The notes beneath the pieces were generated by a model, which was not told the DNA's origin, did no database searches, and worked only from the letters and a program-made list of their open reading frames with translations. 38,433 nt of DNA from a virus (Duplodnaviria > Caudoviricetes). Positions 9,015-18,473 of the stretch are shown piece by piece (within the stretch, counting starts at the first letter, position 1; every line of letters starts with the position of its first letter). The stretch spans positions 1 to 38,433 of IMG/VR virus record IMGVR_UViG_3300005325_000009; one strand, 5' to 3'. The translations under genes and the position numbers were made by a program.

Positions 9015-10022
9015 ATGGCACTTTCAGCCAGCAATGCGGCTTTACAGCCAGCGCTATGGCGCAAACAGTTATTCGCGGATGTTCGCGATAACCTCTATAT
9101 GAATCGGTTCATGGGAACCAGTGAGCAATCCATGATCCAGGAGTTAGAGGATTTGAAGAAGGAAGCTGGTAGCAATATCAGCTTTGGCCTTGGAATGAAG
9201 TTATCCGGGTCGGGTATAACAGGTGATACTGAACTCGAAGGTTCAGAAGAGGCAATGACGGACTATGATGAGGATGTGGCTATTGATCAGATCCGTCATG
9301 CTGTGCGTTTGACCGGTAAGATGGACGAAAAGAAGAACGCGTATAATATGCGCGTATCAGCAAAGAACAGGTTATCCGACTGGTTCGCGGAGAAGATCGA
9401 ACAGGAAATATTCGATAAACTATGCGGAAAAGCCAGCTCTACTTTTGCGAATACTCCTACTATCGCGGCTTCTACTCGGTTGGTTTATGCCGGCGGGGAA
9501 GATGCGATAGCGCATATTACTTCTACCATGAAAATGGATACCAAGGTTCTTGATGCCGCTGTTCAGATAGCAAAGACGGCATCTCCCAGGATACGGCCGC
9601 TTCGTATTGGGGGGAAAGAATGGTATGTGGCGTTTTTGCATCCGTACGATATCACTAACCTTAAACAGGACCCGGTGTATAACCAGTCGGTTAGGGATGC
9701 CGGAGTAAGAGGTGAGGATAACCCGATATTTACGGGTGCTGTTTCAAGATACGGCCAGATCATTATCCACGAACACGAATATGTGTACCGTGCCAATGAT
9801 GGATCCAGTTCGTATGTTTCAAGGAACATCCTTTGCGGTCAACAGGCTGGTGTAATAGCCTGGGGCGCTCCGGTAAACTGGACGGAGAAATCGTTTGACT
9901 ACGGCAATAGCTGGGGTATCGCTTGCGGCGCTATCTTTGGCGTGATCAAGCCGTTGTTCAATTCCGTCGATTACGGAGTGGTAACGATGTATTGTGCATC
10001 AGCGGCCGCGAGTACCGCCTGA
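9015..10022 (+). CDS. Major capsid protein, N4-gp56/DUF4043-like
   Basis: L.K.AG..I.F.L...L.G..I.GD..LEG.EE, IDQ.RHAV, A...L..W, HP, NPIF.G, CG.QA motifs. Confidence 0.92.
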   Translation: MALSASNAALQPALWRKQLFADVRDNLYMNRFMGTSEQSMIQELEDLKKEAGSNISFGLGMKLSGSGITGDTELEGSEEAMTDYDEDVAIDQIRHAVRLTGKMDEKKNAYNMRVSAKNRLSDWFAEKIEQEIFDKLCGKASSTFANTPTIAASTRLVYAGGEDAIAHITSTMKMDTKVLDAAVQIAKTASPRIRPLRIGGKEWYVAFLHPYDITNLKQDPVYNQSVRDAGVRGEDNPIFTGAVSRYGQIIIHEHEYVYRANDGSSSYVSRNILCGQQAGVIAWGAPVNWTEKSFDYGNSWGIACGAIFGVIKPLFNSVDYGVVTMYCASAAASTA

Positions 10023-10032
10023 TCCTAGTTAA

Positions 10033-10065
10033 AAAATGAGGGCCCGGGAGAGTATTCCCGGGCCT
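10033..10065 (+). promoter_or_regulatory. GC-rich hairpin after the capsid gene (copy 1)
   Basis: gggcccggga-gagtat-tcccgggcct, preceded by an A-run, no T-tail on +. Confidence 0.6.
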
Positions 10066-10082
10066 GAATTAACGGAGGAAAA

Positions 10083-11063
10083 GTGGGATATTCTGAAAGA
10101 ATCGAAAAGAATGGTTACTGGGAAAAAGGGGTATTTGATATCCTTTATTCCTTTGTAACCAATTTTAACGCGTTTATCACTAAGATAAACACGGATACCG
10201 GAGATACCGCCATATCCGCAAGTTATCCAATAACAGATCCTTCTATCGGTAATACTTATGGCAAGGATATCCAGTATAACGCTATGCCTCAAGGCAAGGT
10301 CAATGACTTGCTTAAAGCTATCCGGACGAATTTTAATGCTGTCTTGGATATCTTAGCGGCAGATGATGGCGTTGCTGGAACAACCATATTTACTACCGAA
10401 AAGTTCAGCACTACCGAACATCTTATTGATGTTCCTAATGCCAGGATCAAGCAACGCGGAGAATGGAACGATGAGATCGCGATGTTCTTGGATGATCTGA
10501 TCGATCGGTGGAATCGGGTTTTGAGTGCGTGCGATTCCGATGCGACTCTTGATGATACCGATTATCGATCTACCTTAGGAATCGGTGATACGGTAATGAG
10601 TTCAAGTTCTTCGAGCAGCTCTTCGAGCTCATCTTCTTCAAGCTCGTCAAGCTCTTCGAGCTCCAGTTCAAGTTCTTCATCGTCGTCAAGTAGTTCATTT
10701 AGTTCTTCCAGCAGCTCTTCGAGCTCGTCAATGAGTTCTTCGTCAAGTTCATCCAGCAGTTCATCTTCTTCAAGCAGCTCTTCGAGCTCCAGCTCAGAAT
10801 CGAGTTCATCCAGCAGTTCATCTTCTTCAAGCAGCTCTTCGAGCTCCAGCTCAGAATCGAGTTCATCCAACAGCTCTTCGAGCTCGTCAATGAGTTCTTC
10901 GTCAAGCTCTTCGAGCTCCAGCTCAGAATCGAGTTCCAGTTCTTCAAGTAGTTCTTCGAGTTCTAGCAGTTCTTCGAGCAGTTCAAGTTCTTCGATGAGT
11001 TCATCCAGTTCCTCTTCTTCAAGCAGTTCCTCGAGCTCTTCGAGCTCTGAGTCAATAGGATAA
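10083..11063 (+). CDS. Putative capsid decoration/head-fibre protein with C-terminal poly-Ser tail
   Basis: Directly after the capsid gene; three N-terminal repeats ending (F/W)N..(I/L)..(I/L/C)..D; residues 173-324 almost all Ser; GGAGG RBS. Confidence 0.7.
   Translation: MGYSERIEKNGYWEKGVFDILYSFVTNFNAFITKINTDTGDTAISASYPITDPSIGNTYGKDIQYNAMPQGKVNDLLKAIRTNFNAVLDILAADDGVAGTTIFTTEKFSTTEHLIDVPNARIKQRGEWNDEIAMFLDDLIDRWNRVLSACDSDATLDDTDYRSTLGIGDTVMSSSSSSSSSSSSSSSSSSSSSSSSSSSSSSSSSFSSSSSSSSSSMSSSSSSSSSSSSSSSSSSSSSESSSSSSSSSSSSSSSSSSESSSSNSSSSSSMSSSSSSSSSSSESSSSSSSSSSSSSSSSSSSSSSMSSSSSSSSSSSSSSSSSESIG
10599..11054 (+). repeat. Poly-serine coding tract 1 (~152 codons)
   Basis: Mixed TCN/AGY codons; contains a 57-nt tandem duplication starting at 10746 and 10803. 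Confidence 0.97.
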
Positions 11064-11078
11064 TGGGAGGATAGACCA

Positions 11079-11378
11079 ATGCCAAGAATTCAAGGATTAG
11101 CGGAAAGCGGGATAAAAACCGCCGATACCCTGATCAAACCGGCACCGGGTTTTGTTTTCTCCCTTACCCTTGCTTATGAGGGGATGACTGCCGGAGAGAA
11201 GTGTACGCTGGTAGATGGCTTGACCATAGCAGGTCATGATGAAGTTGCGATCATCGTTCCAGCGGCCGCTGGTGTTCTTCAGTTGAGTTGGGTCCAGGGT
11301 AAACAGTTTGATACCGGGATCTTCTTCAATAAAGGAGCATCTGTCGGTTCGGTGTTTTTTGAGTGTACTTACAAGTAA
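11079..11378 (+). CDS. Small beta-rich putative virion protein
   Basis: 99-aa ORF, GGAGG RBS, G..FDTGIF motif, position in head module. Confidence 0.6.
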   Translation: MPRIQGLAESGIKTADTLIKPAPGFVFSLTLAYEGMTAGEKCTLVDGLTIAGHDEVAIIVPAAAGVLQLSWVQGKQFDTGIFFNKGASVGSVFFECTYK

Positions 11379-11380
11379 CC

Positions 11381-11414
11381 AAAATGAGGCCCGGGGTTGA
11401 GCACTCCGGGCCTC
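11381..11414 (+). promoter_or_regulatory. GC-rich hairpin (copy 2) before the modification cassette
   Basis: aaaat-gaggcccgggg...ctccgggcctc, similar in sequence to 10033-10065. Confidence 0.6.
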
Positions 11415-11442
11415 TACAAACATAAAAGGGGAGGCGAGTAAA

Positions 11443-13317
11443 ATGGAGAACCGAGTCTTGAAGGATCATAAGTTATTTAAACCTGCCAGTTTTGAAGAGG
11501 GTAAACATGCCGTCGTGGGCGATTGCAATGGGTTTACTATGCAAGAACGATGGGATGCTGAAACTCCCGCTTTTGCTAAAGCTATCCTGAACTATGCCGG
11601 TCCGGAAACAGCCCAAGAGATCCTGGATTATGGCTGTGGTGTTGGCCGGTTATCCAAAGAGATCATTAAACAAGATCCTACGGTGTTCGTAATCGGTACC
11701 GATGCTTCCGCGCAGATGATGGGTCAGGCTGAAGCGTATGTGAATTCCGAACGGTTCAGCACTAAACCTCCGCAGCATCTTGATCAGAAATTCGATATAG
11801 TTTACTTGGTTTATGTTCTTCAGCATGTTCCGGCGATCGAGATCCGGGAAATCCTGGCCAGGATCCATTACCACCTTAAAGATAATGGTGTTTTTATTTA
11901 CTGTTCCAGTGATTACCGTATGGCTATCCGGTATGACCAGGGTGGGTTCTTTGATGACCGGTTCCTTGGAGTTGATCTTAGAGCTGAGGTTTCCCGGTTT
12001 TTTGAACTTCAAGGACCGCTGTTTACTGAAGAGGATTATAAAAATAATCCCATATTAAGACGGATGATCACCGGGGAAACTCCAGGATGCGATAAAGGGT
12101 TGCAGCATCCGGCGTTGGTATATAAGAAACGCAAGATCATAAATACCACTTATTTCAATATGGAAGCAGCTGCGGATCCGATTATCAACAAGGAGGTAGG
12201 ACATGCCGTGCTCCAAGAAAAGGAGCAAAAGAAAGAAGAAGTAACTGGTACCGAATTTCCTCTTCAGAATCCTGCCTGGGTACGAAGTAATCCGAAAAAG
12301 ATCCTTTTGCTCAATCGTCTTGCTCCAGGGGATATCCTGGTTATGACAAACGCGATCAGAGATCTTCAAGCGGCGTACCCAGGCAAATTCTTAATTGATG
12401 TCCGCACTCCTTGTCCGGATATATTCGACAATTCTCCGTATATCCATAAACTCGAGTATGATGAAAAAGAGTACCAGAAGATCAATTCTAGGTTCTCTTC
12501 TACCACTCAGGATCAGAATAACGCGATGTTCCGGTTGATCCGGGATGGTGAAAAGGATATCCTCAACAAATTCTGCGCTATTTTGAATGAGGATATCTTG
12601 GTTATTGATATGCATTATCCTTTAATCCATTCATCGGGATTCGGAGGCCAGCATTTTGCTCAAGGGCATCGTGAGTTCTTGGAAGCCGTTTTAGGGCTAA
12701 AGATACCTCAGTATGATATCCGGCCACAGATATTTCTTTCTCAGGCAGAAAATGATTGGCCTTCCCCGGCTTTGGTTAAAGCTGAGGTTGATGGACCGTA
12801 TTGGGTGATCAACGCTGGCGCCAAAGCGGATAACACCTTAAAACAGTATCCTTTCTATCAAGAAACCGTTGATCTACTTAAAAAACATATCCCGGGTATA
12901 GTCTTGGTCCAGATCGGTCAAGAAAGCCATCTACACGCGGCGCTTGAAGGTGTGGTTGATATGCGCGGGAAGACAAGCACCCGTGAACTGTTCCGGTTGA
13001 TCGCTAAAGCTGAAGGGGTGATAAGTTGTGTGTCGTTTCCTATGCACATTGCAGCAGCGTTCTCAAAACCATGTGTAGTGGTGGCCGGCGCCAGAGAAGG
13101 CACTCGCTGGGAGTTGTACCCCAACCATCAGTTCCTTTATGTCAACGGTTGCTTGCCGTGCGCTCCGTATGATGGCTGTTGGCGAGGTACGGCGTACGAT
13201 TGCAATAATAAACGCGATGGGATACCGCTGTGTATGCTTTTGATCAGGCCTGAAGATATCGTTTGGGCTATTGAGAGGTATTACCGCGGCGGGATGTTGG
13301 AGGTGAACCGTGGATAA
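11443..13317 (+). CDS. Fusion of class I SAM methyltransferase and GT9 (heptosyltransferase-like) glycosyltransferase
   Basis: N-terminal ILDYGCGVGR, VLQH; C-terminal APGDILV.T.AIR.L, VQIG, DMRGKTS.REL..LI..A, S.PMHIAAA..KP.VV, Cys cluster. Confidence 0.88.
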   Translation: MENRVLKDHKLFKPASFEEGKHAVVGDCNGFTMQERWDAETPAFAKAILNYAGPETAQEILDYGCGVGRLSKEIIKQDPTVFVIGTDASAQMMGQAEAYVNSERFSTKPPQHLDQKFDIVYLVYVLQHVPAIEIREILARIHYHLKDNGVFIYCSSDYRMAIRYDQGGFFDDRFLGVDLRAEVSRFFELQGPLFTEEDYKNNPILRRMITGETPGCDKGLQHPALVYKKRKIINTTYFNMEAAADPIINKEVGHAVLQEKEQKKEEVTGTEFPLQNPAWVRSNPKKILLLNRLAPGDILVMTNAIRDLQAAYPGKFLIDVRTPCPDIFDNSPYIHKLEYDEKEYQKINSRFSSTTQDQNNAMFRLIRDGEKDILNKFCAILNEDILVIDMHYPLIHSSGFGGQHFAQGHREFLEAVLGLKIPQYDIRPQIFLSQAENDWPSPALVKAEVDGPYWVINAGAKADNTLKQYPFYQETVDLLKKHIPGIVLVQIGQESHLHAALEGVVDMRGKTSTRELFRLIAKAEGVISCVSFPMHIAAAFSKPCVVVAGAREGTRWELYPNHQFLYVNGCLPCAPYDGCWRGTAYDCNNKRDGIPLCMLLIRPEDIVWAIERYYRGGMLEVNRG

Positions 13318-14044
13318 TCAAATAATTTATACCCCTGAACATGTATCCCAGTTGGTTAAAGGTTGGATGAGTGACCATGATACTCGGATAAACGCGGCGG
13401 TATTCAATACCCTAAGGATCCTTAAAGCTAAAAACCCTGGAGATACTTACCTTGAAGCGTACCTTAATCATTACCAGAAACGCGGGAGCGAATTCTTCGA
13501 TTATTACCATCTTCTTTGGAGTGTTGGATCCCTGCTTGAACCGCGTAACATCATGGAGATCGGTTGTCGGACCGGGATATCGGTATGTCAGCTTTTAAGC
13601 TCAATGATGGATCCTAGTGTTCCTGCGGTGTTCCTTTTTGATATTTTCGCTGATGGGTTTACTTCTCCGGTGGTGGTTAAAATGAACCTCAGGGCGCTCA
13701 ATATCCCTCAAGATAAGGTTCATTTTATTATAGGTGATTCCGAAAAGACAGTTCCTATTTTTGTGGAAGACAGGCTTAAACAGTCTGAGTTTATTGCAGC
13801 GTATCATCCGTTAATGAATTATATCCTGGTTGATGGTAACCATGATAAACAAGCGGCAAGGGTTGATCTTGAGAATGTCGTACCTCTTCTTGCCCCTTCC
13901 GGGTTGTTGTTCTTTGACGATATCGCTCCGGATGGCTGTAATCTTTTGGATGTCTGGGATGATTTTAAAAAAACGCATGGTAATGAGTTTTATTTCCATC
14001 AGAATATGGATGGTAAAGGAATCGGCGTGGGGGTGAAACGATGA
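13310..14044 (+). CDS. Class I SAM methyltransferase (Methyltransf_24-like)
   Basis: MEIGCRTGIS, GDS, VDGNH, DL...LL..SGLL.FDD. Confidence 0.88.
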   Translation: MDNQIIYTPEHVSQLVKGWMSDHDTRINAAVFNTLRILKAKNPGDTYLEAYLNHYQKRGSEFFDYYHLLWSVGSLLEPRNIMEIGCRTGISVCQLLSSMMDPSVPAVFLFDIFADGFTSPVVVKMNLRALNIPQDKVHFIIGDSEKTVPIFVEDRLKQSEFIAAYHPLMNYILVDGNHDKQAARVDLENVVPLLAPSGLLFFDDIAPDGCNLLDVWDDFKKTHGNEFYFHQNMDGKGIGVGVKR

Positions 14045-14316
14045 TCGGAATGGGTGATCGTTTATTGTTCCTTGCCGGAGTTCCTCCGGAGAAGATGGAA
14101 GAATGTATTACCTGGGCTTTCGGCAAAGTCGATCAAGGCGAACCAATGGAAGAACTGGCGAACCGCTGGAACCAAAAGCACGGTAAGATATTCATAGTAG
14201 ATATGAAACGCGATAACCCTAAAGCGTTCATCTGGTCGATCGGGAAAGCGTATGTCGAGGAATTTTATCCCAAACGGCTGGTTACTCCTATTAAGATCTC
14301 CGGGAGGTTTAACTGA
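14041..14316 (+). CDS. Hypothetical protein
   Basis: Translationally coupled ORF inside the cassette. Confidence 0.7.
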   Translation: MIGMGDRLLFLAGVPPEKMEECITWAFGKVDQGEPMEELANRWNQKHGKIFIVDMKRDNPKAFIWSIGKAYVEEFYPKRLVTPIKISGRFN

Positions 14317-14966
14317 TGATCAATCATCCTAAGGATATTGAGTATTTTAAGCAGTACCCAGCTAAGGTAATGGAAGCACTGCATGCTCTTCATTATACGA
14401 ATATCAACGCCACAATTCCGTTCTTCGGCCCGATGTTATATTTTCTTCTGCGCGAAACCGGTGCGGCGAAGGTATTAGAAATCGGTCACGCTGAGGGGTA
14501 TACCGCTTTTTATCTGGCCAATGCTGTTAAAGATAATGCGGTACGGTATGGATACCAGGATGCCAGGTATTACGGTATTGATATCGTTCAGACTGAAACC
14601 GTTCGGAAAACTCTTGAATCTTATGGTTTACCGGTAGATATCTGGAAACTTGATTCCATAGACCTTAAACCTTCAACTTACTCTGGGATCGGGTTTGATG
14701 TCATATTCCAAGATGGCGCCCACGATACTAAGCATATCCTCCATGAAATGAATGTCCTTTACCCTCAGCTTAGAGGAGATGGTCAAGGGTATTGGATATT
14801 CCATGATTGCTTTGGTCCTGCTGAAGACGGGTTTAAAGAGGTTAAAAAGTTAATCGCGCAGGGAGTATATAAATTCGAGTTTGTCCGGCTATTCTCTCCG
14901 TATGGCATAGCGATCATGCGTAAAATCGAAGATTGGGATGAGAATAAAACAAGGTGGGTACCATGA
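14316..14966 (+). CDS. Class I SAM methyltransferase (Methyltransf_24-like)
   Basis: VLEIGHAEGYT, YGID, FDVIFQDGAH, FHD. Confidence 0.85.
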   Translation: MINHPKDIEYFKQYPAKVMEALHALHYTNINATIPFFGPMLYFLLRETGAAKVLEIGHAEGYTAFYLANAVKDNAVRYGYQDARYYGIDIVQTETVRKTLESYGLPVDIWKLDSIDLKPSTYSGIGFDVIFQDGAHDTKHILHEMNVLYPQLRGDGQGYWIFHDCFGPAEDGFKEVKKLIAQGVYKFEFVRLFSPYGIAIMRKIEDWDENKTRWVP

Positions 14967-15202
14967 CAAAAGAGGATTTACAATTAGTTCCGTATGAGGA
15001 TTTAATTGGGGAACTTGAATCTCGGTTTGATGTGTGTATTTTTGCCGGTACTAAATCCTTAGATAAAAAAGATGAAGAATCCAGACTTACTTACCATGGT
15101 GGAAAGTTCACCTGCATTGGATTGTGTGTCCATTTAATTGATATGCTTAAAAAGAGATGCCGTGAAAAAATGGAATTTTATGAGAGGGGAGATGAACTAT
15201 GA
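14954..15202 (+). CDS. Hypothetical protein
   Basis: 82-aa coupled ORF. Confidence 0.65.
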   Translation: MGTMTKEDLQLVPYEDLIGELESRFDVCIFAGTKSLDKKDEESRLTYHGGKFTCIGLCVHLIDMLKKRCREKMEFYERGDEL

Positions 15203-15360
15203 ACGGAAGAATGGCTAAAGCGGTACGCAGGAAAGCGCGGATTATGGCGAATAAGGATGCGGAAAATATGGTGTCGGAATTCAAGGCTTTAGTCAATACC
15301 AAGTTGAATTGGGTTGATCGCCTTACATTAAGCTGGAGGATAATGTGGAAAATATTCTAA
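15199..15360 (+). CDS. Small basic protein (53 aa), not in ORF track
   Basis: MNGRMAKAVRRKARIMANKDAENMVSEFKALVNTKLNWVDRLTLSWRIMWKIF; ATGA overlap, GGAG upstream. Confidence 0.6.
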   Translation: MNGRMAKAVRRKARIMANKDAENMVSEFKALVNTKLNWVDRLTLSWRIMWKIF

Positions 15361-15512
15361 AGAACATCAAAAAGATCAAGATAGATAAAAGAACTTGCGG
15401 TATCGAATCAATGTGTATCGCGGTAGATGAATGTCGTAAACGCCGCCAGTTTACGCTTAAAGGATCTGATAAGTGTCCTGGTCAAAGCCATTTTAATCTG
15501 GTAAAGAAATAA
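15345..15512 (+). CDS. Small Cys-containing protein (55 aa), not in ORF track
   Basis: GTG start after GGAGG; four Cys; TAATG overlap with next gene. Confidence 0.5.
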   Translation: MENILKNIKKIKIDKRTCGIESMCIAVDECRKRRQFTLKGSDKCPGQSHFNLVKK

Positions 15513-16096
15513 TGCCTAAATATCCCTTGATCTATTCCGTCGGTGATTCTCACTGTTGGCATGTTTGGTTGAAGGTTCCTTATGTCCGGGTCCAGACCAG
15601 TGGTCCTATGACTATGCATCGGTTCGGTAAAGATAAACCGTTCGTTCTTACAGGTATCCCGGAAGAAGCGATAGTGTGTTTCAGTTGGGGAGAAATAGAC
15701 TGCCGGTGCCATGTAAACAAGTTCCAGCCATGGCAAGAAACGATAGATGAACTGGTCAATGACTATTTCGATGCTATCGCGGCGAATATAAAAAAACCGG
15801 AAAACGCTTGGATATTTAATATAGTACCGCCTCCGCGGCGCAGCGCGGCCATAGAAAGCCCCGGATTCCCGTTCTTAGGTACTGATGAAGAACGGTTGAG
15901 TTATGTCCGGTATATGAATAAGAAACTGAGTGAATGTACTAAAAGAGGGTACACTTTTATAGATGTATATGAACATTATTGCGATCAGGACGGGTTTATG
16001 GTCCCGAGTAAAAGCGATGGACATGTTCATATTTCCGATGAGAAGCCGGTTATCCAATGGCTAGAGAGGAAACTGAATGAAATGTCCAATGTGTGA
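15512..16096 (+). CDS. SGNH/GDSL hydrolase-fold protein (possible O-acetyl esterase/transferase)
   Basis: GDSH, GEIDCR.H, N..L, FID, SDGHVH blocks. Confidence 0.85.
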   Translation: MPKYPLIYSVGDSHCWHVWLKVPYVRVQTSGPMTMHRFGKDKPFVLTGIPEEAIVCFSWGEIDCRCHVNKFQPWQETIDELVNDYFDAIAANIKKPENAWIFNIVPPPRRSAAIESPGFPFLGTDEERLSYVRYMNKKLSECTKRGYTFIDVYEHYCDQDGFMVPSKSDGHVHISDEKPVIQWLERKLNEMSNV

Positions 16097-16682
16097 GAGG
16101 GAGTTTGGTTTTGACCAACTTATTCCGGTCAAGCTCGGAGATGCTGAATACCGGCTTTGTGAATTTGATTTTATCAAAGTCAAAACATTTATCGACGGTT
16201 CGATCGCGGGGTGTACGATCAATATCACCTGGGGATCCGGAAAACTTTGTTGGAATAGTTGGGCGGCAATACGGGATCACTTGCGCAGATTTGAAATAAA
16301 AGAGGTACTGGAATTTGGTACAGGCTTATCCAGTGAACTGTTCTTGAATGAAGGAATGGATCTTATTTCTTGTGATATATTACCTCATCATATTGCCGCA
16401 TTCCAGCGGCATTTGGCGTATAAACAAGCAGTCTTTATTCCTTATCCTGACGATGACCATTTGCCGGATATTGAAGTAATATACCCTGGACGGAAATGGG
16501 ATTTCGTGTTTGTTGATGGCCCGCAGAAGAGGGCGAAAGAAGTTGCTTTAGCAATGAAACTTTCCAAACGGTTTATTTACCTTCATGATCCGAATGCCGG
16601 AGAGGAATCATTCTTTCCTAACGAGGATTGGATAATGGTTCCTGGGGATACTAAACTGTTTTGCAAAAGAGGTTTATTATGA
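16077..16682 (+). CDS. Class I SAM methyltransferase-like protein
   Basis: VLEFGTGLSS, WDFVFVDGP, LHD; short N-terminal CPMC...C segment. Confidence 0.8.
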   Translation: MKCPMCEREFGFDQLIPVKLGDAEYRLCEFDFIKVKTFIDGSIAGCTINITWGSGKLCWNSWAAIRDHLRRFEIKEVLEFGTGLSSELFLNEGMDLISCDILPHHIAAFQRHLAYKQAVFIPYPDDDHLPDIEVIYPGRKWDFVFVDGPQKRAKEVALAMKLSKRFIYLHDPNAGEESFFPNEDWIMVPGDTKLFCKRGLL

Positions 16683-17200
16683 CACAAAATCAGTTTTTGC
16701 CGGAGTATGTCCTGATTCCGCATTTTGGGAAAGATGCGTATCTTACCGGGGTAGAGATAGGGGTAATGACCGCTTGCGGCAGCGTGGCTATGCTTGACCG
16801 TATGCCAAACCTCACTCTTTACTGTATAGACCCCTGGCAATATGTTCCTGGGGTGGAGTATGAGGCCGGCCGGCCTCAGGATTACCATGATCTAAATATG
16901 GAACACACTAAGAACAGGTTGATCCCGTACGGTGAAAGAGCTAAGATTTTACATAAAACAAGTGATGAAGCAGTTATTTTTATACCTCCTCAAGTGGACT
17001 TCGTGCATATTGACGGACATCATGGGTATGAACAGGTATTGAGAGATATATCTAACTACCTGCCAAAGATAAAGTTAGGAGGAATTATCTCTGGACATGA
17101 TTATGTCCAAGTTCCTGAGGTTACCGCGGCGGTGGATAAACTGTTTTCTAAGGATCGGATAAATGTCGGGGATGACTTCCTTTGGTGGGTATATGTGTAA
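16679..17200 (+). CDS. Class I SAM methyltransferase (Methyltransf_24-like)
   Basis: GVEIGV..A, IDPW, DFVHIDGHHGYE.V..DI, GGIISGHDY, V..AV; start 16679 within ORF 16661..17200. Confidence 0.9.
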   Translation: MTQNQFLPEYVLIPHFGKDAYLTGVEIGVMTACGSVAMLDRMPNLTLYCIDPWQYVPGVEYEAGRPQDYHDLNMEHTKNRLIPYGERAKILHKTSDEAVIFIPPQVDFVHIDGHHGYEQVLRDISNYLPKIKLGGIISGHDYVQVPEVTAAVDKLFSKDRINVGDDFLWWVYV

Positions 17201-17334
17201 AAAAGATGGCAAATACCTGTTTTTATCCATACCTTTGCCAGGGTTTAAGGGGAAAGAATGAACGATCTTAAAATAAGGGCAGTAAGATACCTCGAAACGC
17301 AGGAAGAGGCGTTTCCGTTTGAAATTGAGGTAAT

Positions 17335-18159
17335 ATGGCAAAAGTGATCGAACCGCTATATTCTGACCTGAAATTAGCCCAGCAGTTTACCGCGGATACT
17401 AAGCGGGTACTCTTGGTTTTCTGGCACGGACTAGGGGATTTAATCATGTTCTTGCAGCCGTTAGCTAGACTCCGGGAGCTTTACCCAGATATCCGGATTG
17501 ACTTGGCAGTACAACGCGGCCTTTCTTTTGAAGATATTGTGCCGGAAGCCATGCTTATTGGAGGTGAAGATATGGATAAATTGGAGTCTTTAGACTACGA
17601 TATTGTAGCTAAAATCCATTTTCCTATGTCTGAAGGCCAGGTAGAATTGACTAAAGGAGAGTTCTGCTGCAAGCATGAATTGGGAATAGATCCGGTTTGC
17701 GGACATAAACTGGTACCGGGAAGGACCAGCCGGCTGATCGGAGTACATTTTAATATAACCTGTCTTCCGGATTCCTGTAATCCTGATGAGGAAACCGCGC
17801 GGCAGATCTGGGAAGAGATCCGGCTGGCCGGATGGATCCCGATTGAAACTCATTTTGAACATCCGTTCCATAACCCAGTAAATAAAAAGTTCGAGTTTGT
17901 GGATTGTACTGTAAGGAAGGCGCAAGCTCGGATATCTAACCTTACCAGTTTATTGGGTAACCTGGCGGGATTCGTAGGTGTAGTAAGCGGTAATTTCCAC
18001 TTGGCTCTGGCGATTTTGCCGAGTAATAGGATATTTTTCCTACAAAAACACTTCAAGCTCGAGTGTTTTACTCGCCTTCCCGTCGCCAGGGCCTCTATTA
18101 TGCCCGGAGAATATAAACCTGGCCAGGTATCCGCCTGGCTTAAAACATTGGAGGGGTAA
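17335..18159 (+). CDS. GT9-like (GT-B) glycosyltransferase
   Basis: HGLGDLIMF...L..LRE.YP and FVGVVSGNFHLA.A motifs. Confidence 0.8.
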   Translation: MAKVIEPLYSDLKLAQQFTADTKRVLLVFWHGLGDLIMFLQPLARLRELYPDIRIDLAVQRGLSFEDIVPEAMLIGGEDMDKLESLDYDIVAKIHFPMSEGQVELTKGEFCCKHELGIDPVCGHKLVPGRTSRLIGVHFNITCLPDSCNPDEETARQIWEEIRLAGWIPIETHFEHPFHNPVNKKFEFVDCTVRKAQARISNLTSLLGNLAGFVGVVSGNFHLALAILPSNRIFFLQKHFKLECFTRLPVARASIMPGEYKPGQVSAWLKTLEG

Positions 18160-18160
18160 A

Positions 18161-18442
18161 ATGTTATCGCAAAAACATGATCCGTTTATTAATCTAAAAG
18201 AAAACCGTAAAGATATGCCTGAGGTACCAACTGCCGGATCCGGAGTGAATAAGAAACCTGAACCGCGCGGACCGGTGGTATATATCCACAATATTGATCT
18301 TCCTTTGTCAATAGAAGACCTTAATATCTCTTTAACAGCAGAGATAAAAATAACCCCGCGAGAGATCAGGACTACGGTAACCAACGATAAGAAAGAAACT
18401 TCGTATGATCTCGAAATAACCGGGATCAGGTTTAAGAGCTGA
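18161..18442 (+). CDS. Hypothetical protein, possibly capsid staple-like
   Basis: 93 aa, beta-rich C-terminus ...SYDLEITGI; family resemblance judged by eye only. Confidence 0.5.
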   Translation: MLSQKHDPFINLKENRKDMPEVPTAGSGVNKKPEPRGPVVYIHNIDLPLSIEDLNISLTAEIKITPREIRTTVTNDKKETSYDLEITGIRFKS

Positions 18443-18473
18443 AACATTTTAGGGAAGGAGTAGGGGTGAAAGC

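Noticed and set aside
10562-10947. Minus-strand E/L/D-rich and K/N-rich ORFs (also 19818..20003, 20271..20522, 20862..21299)
   Set aside because: Antisense shadows of poly-Ser codons; against the strand of the whole operon
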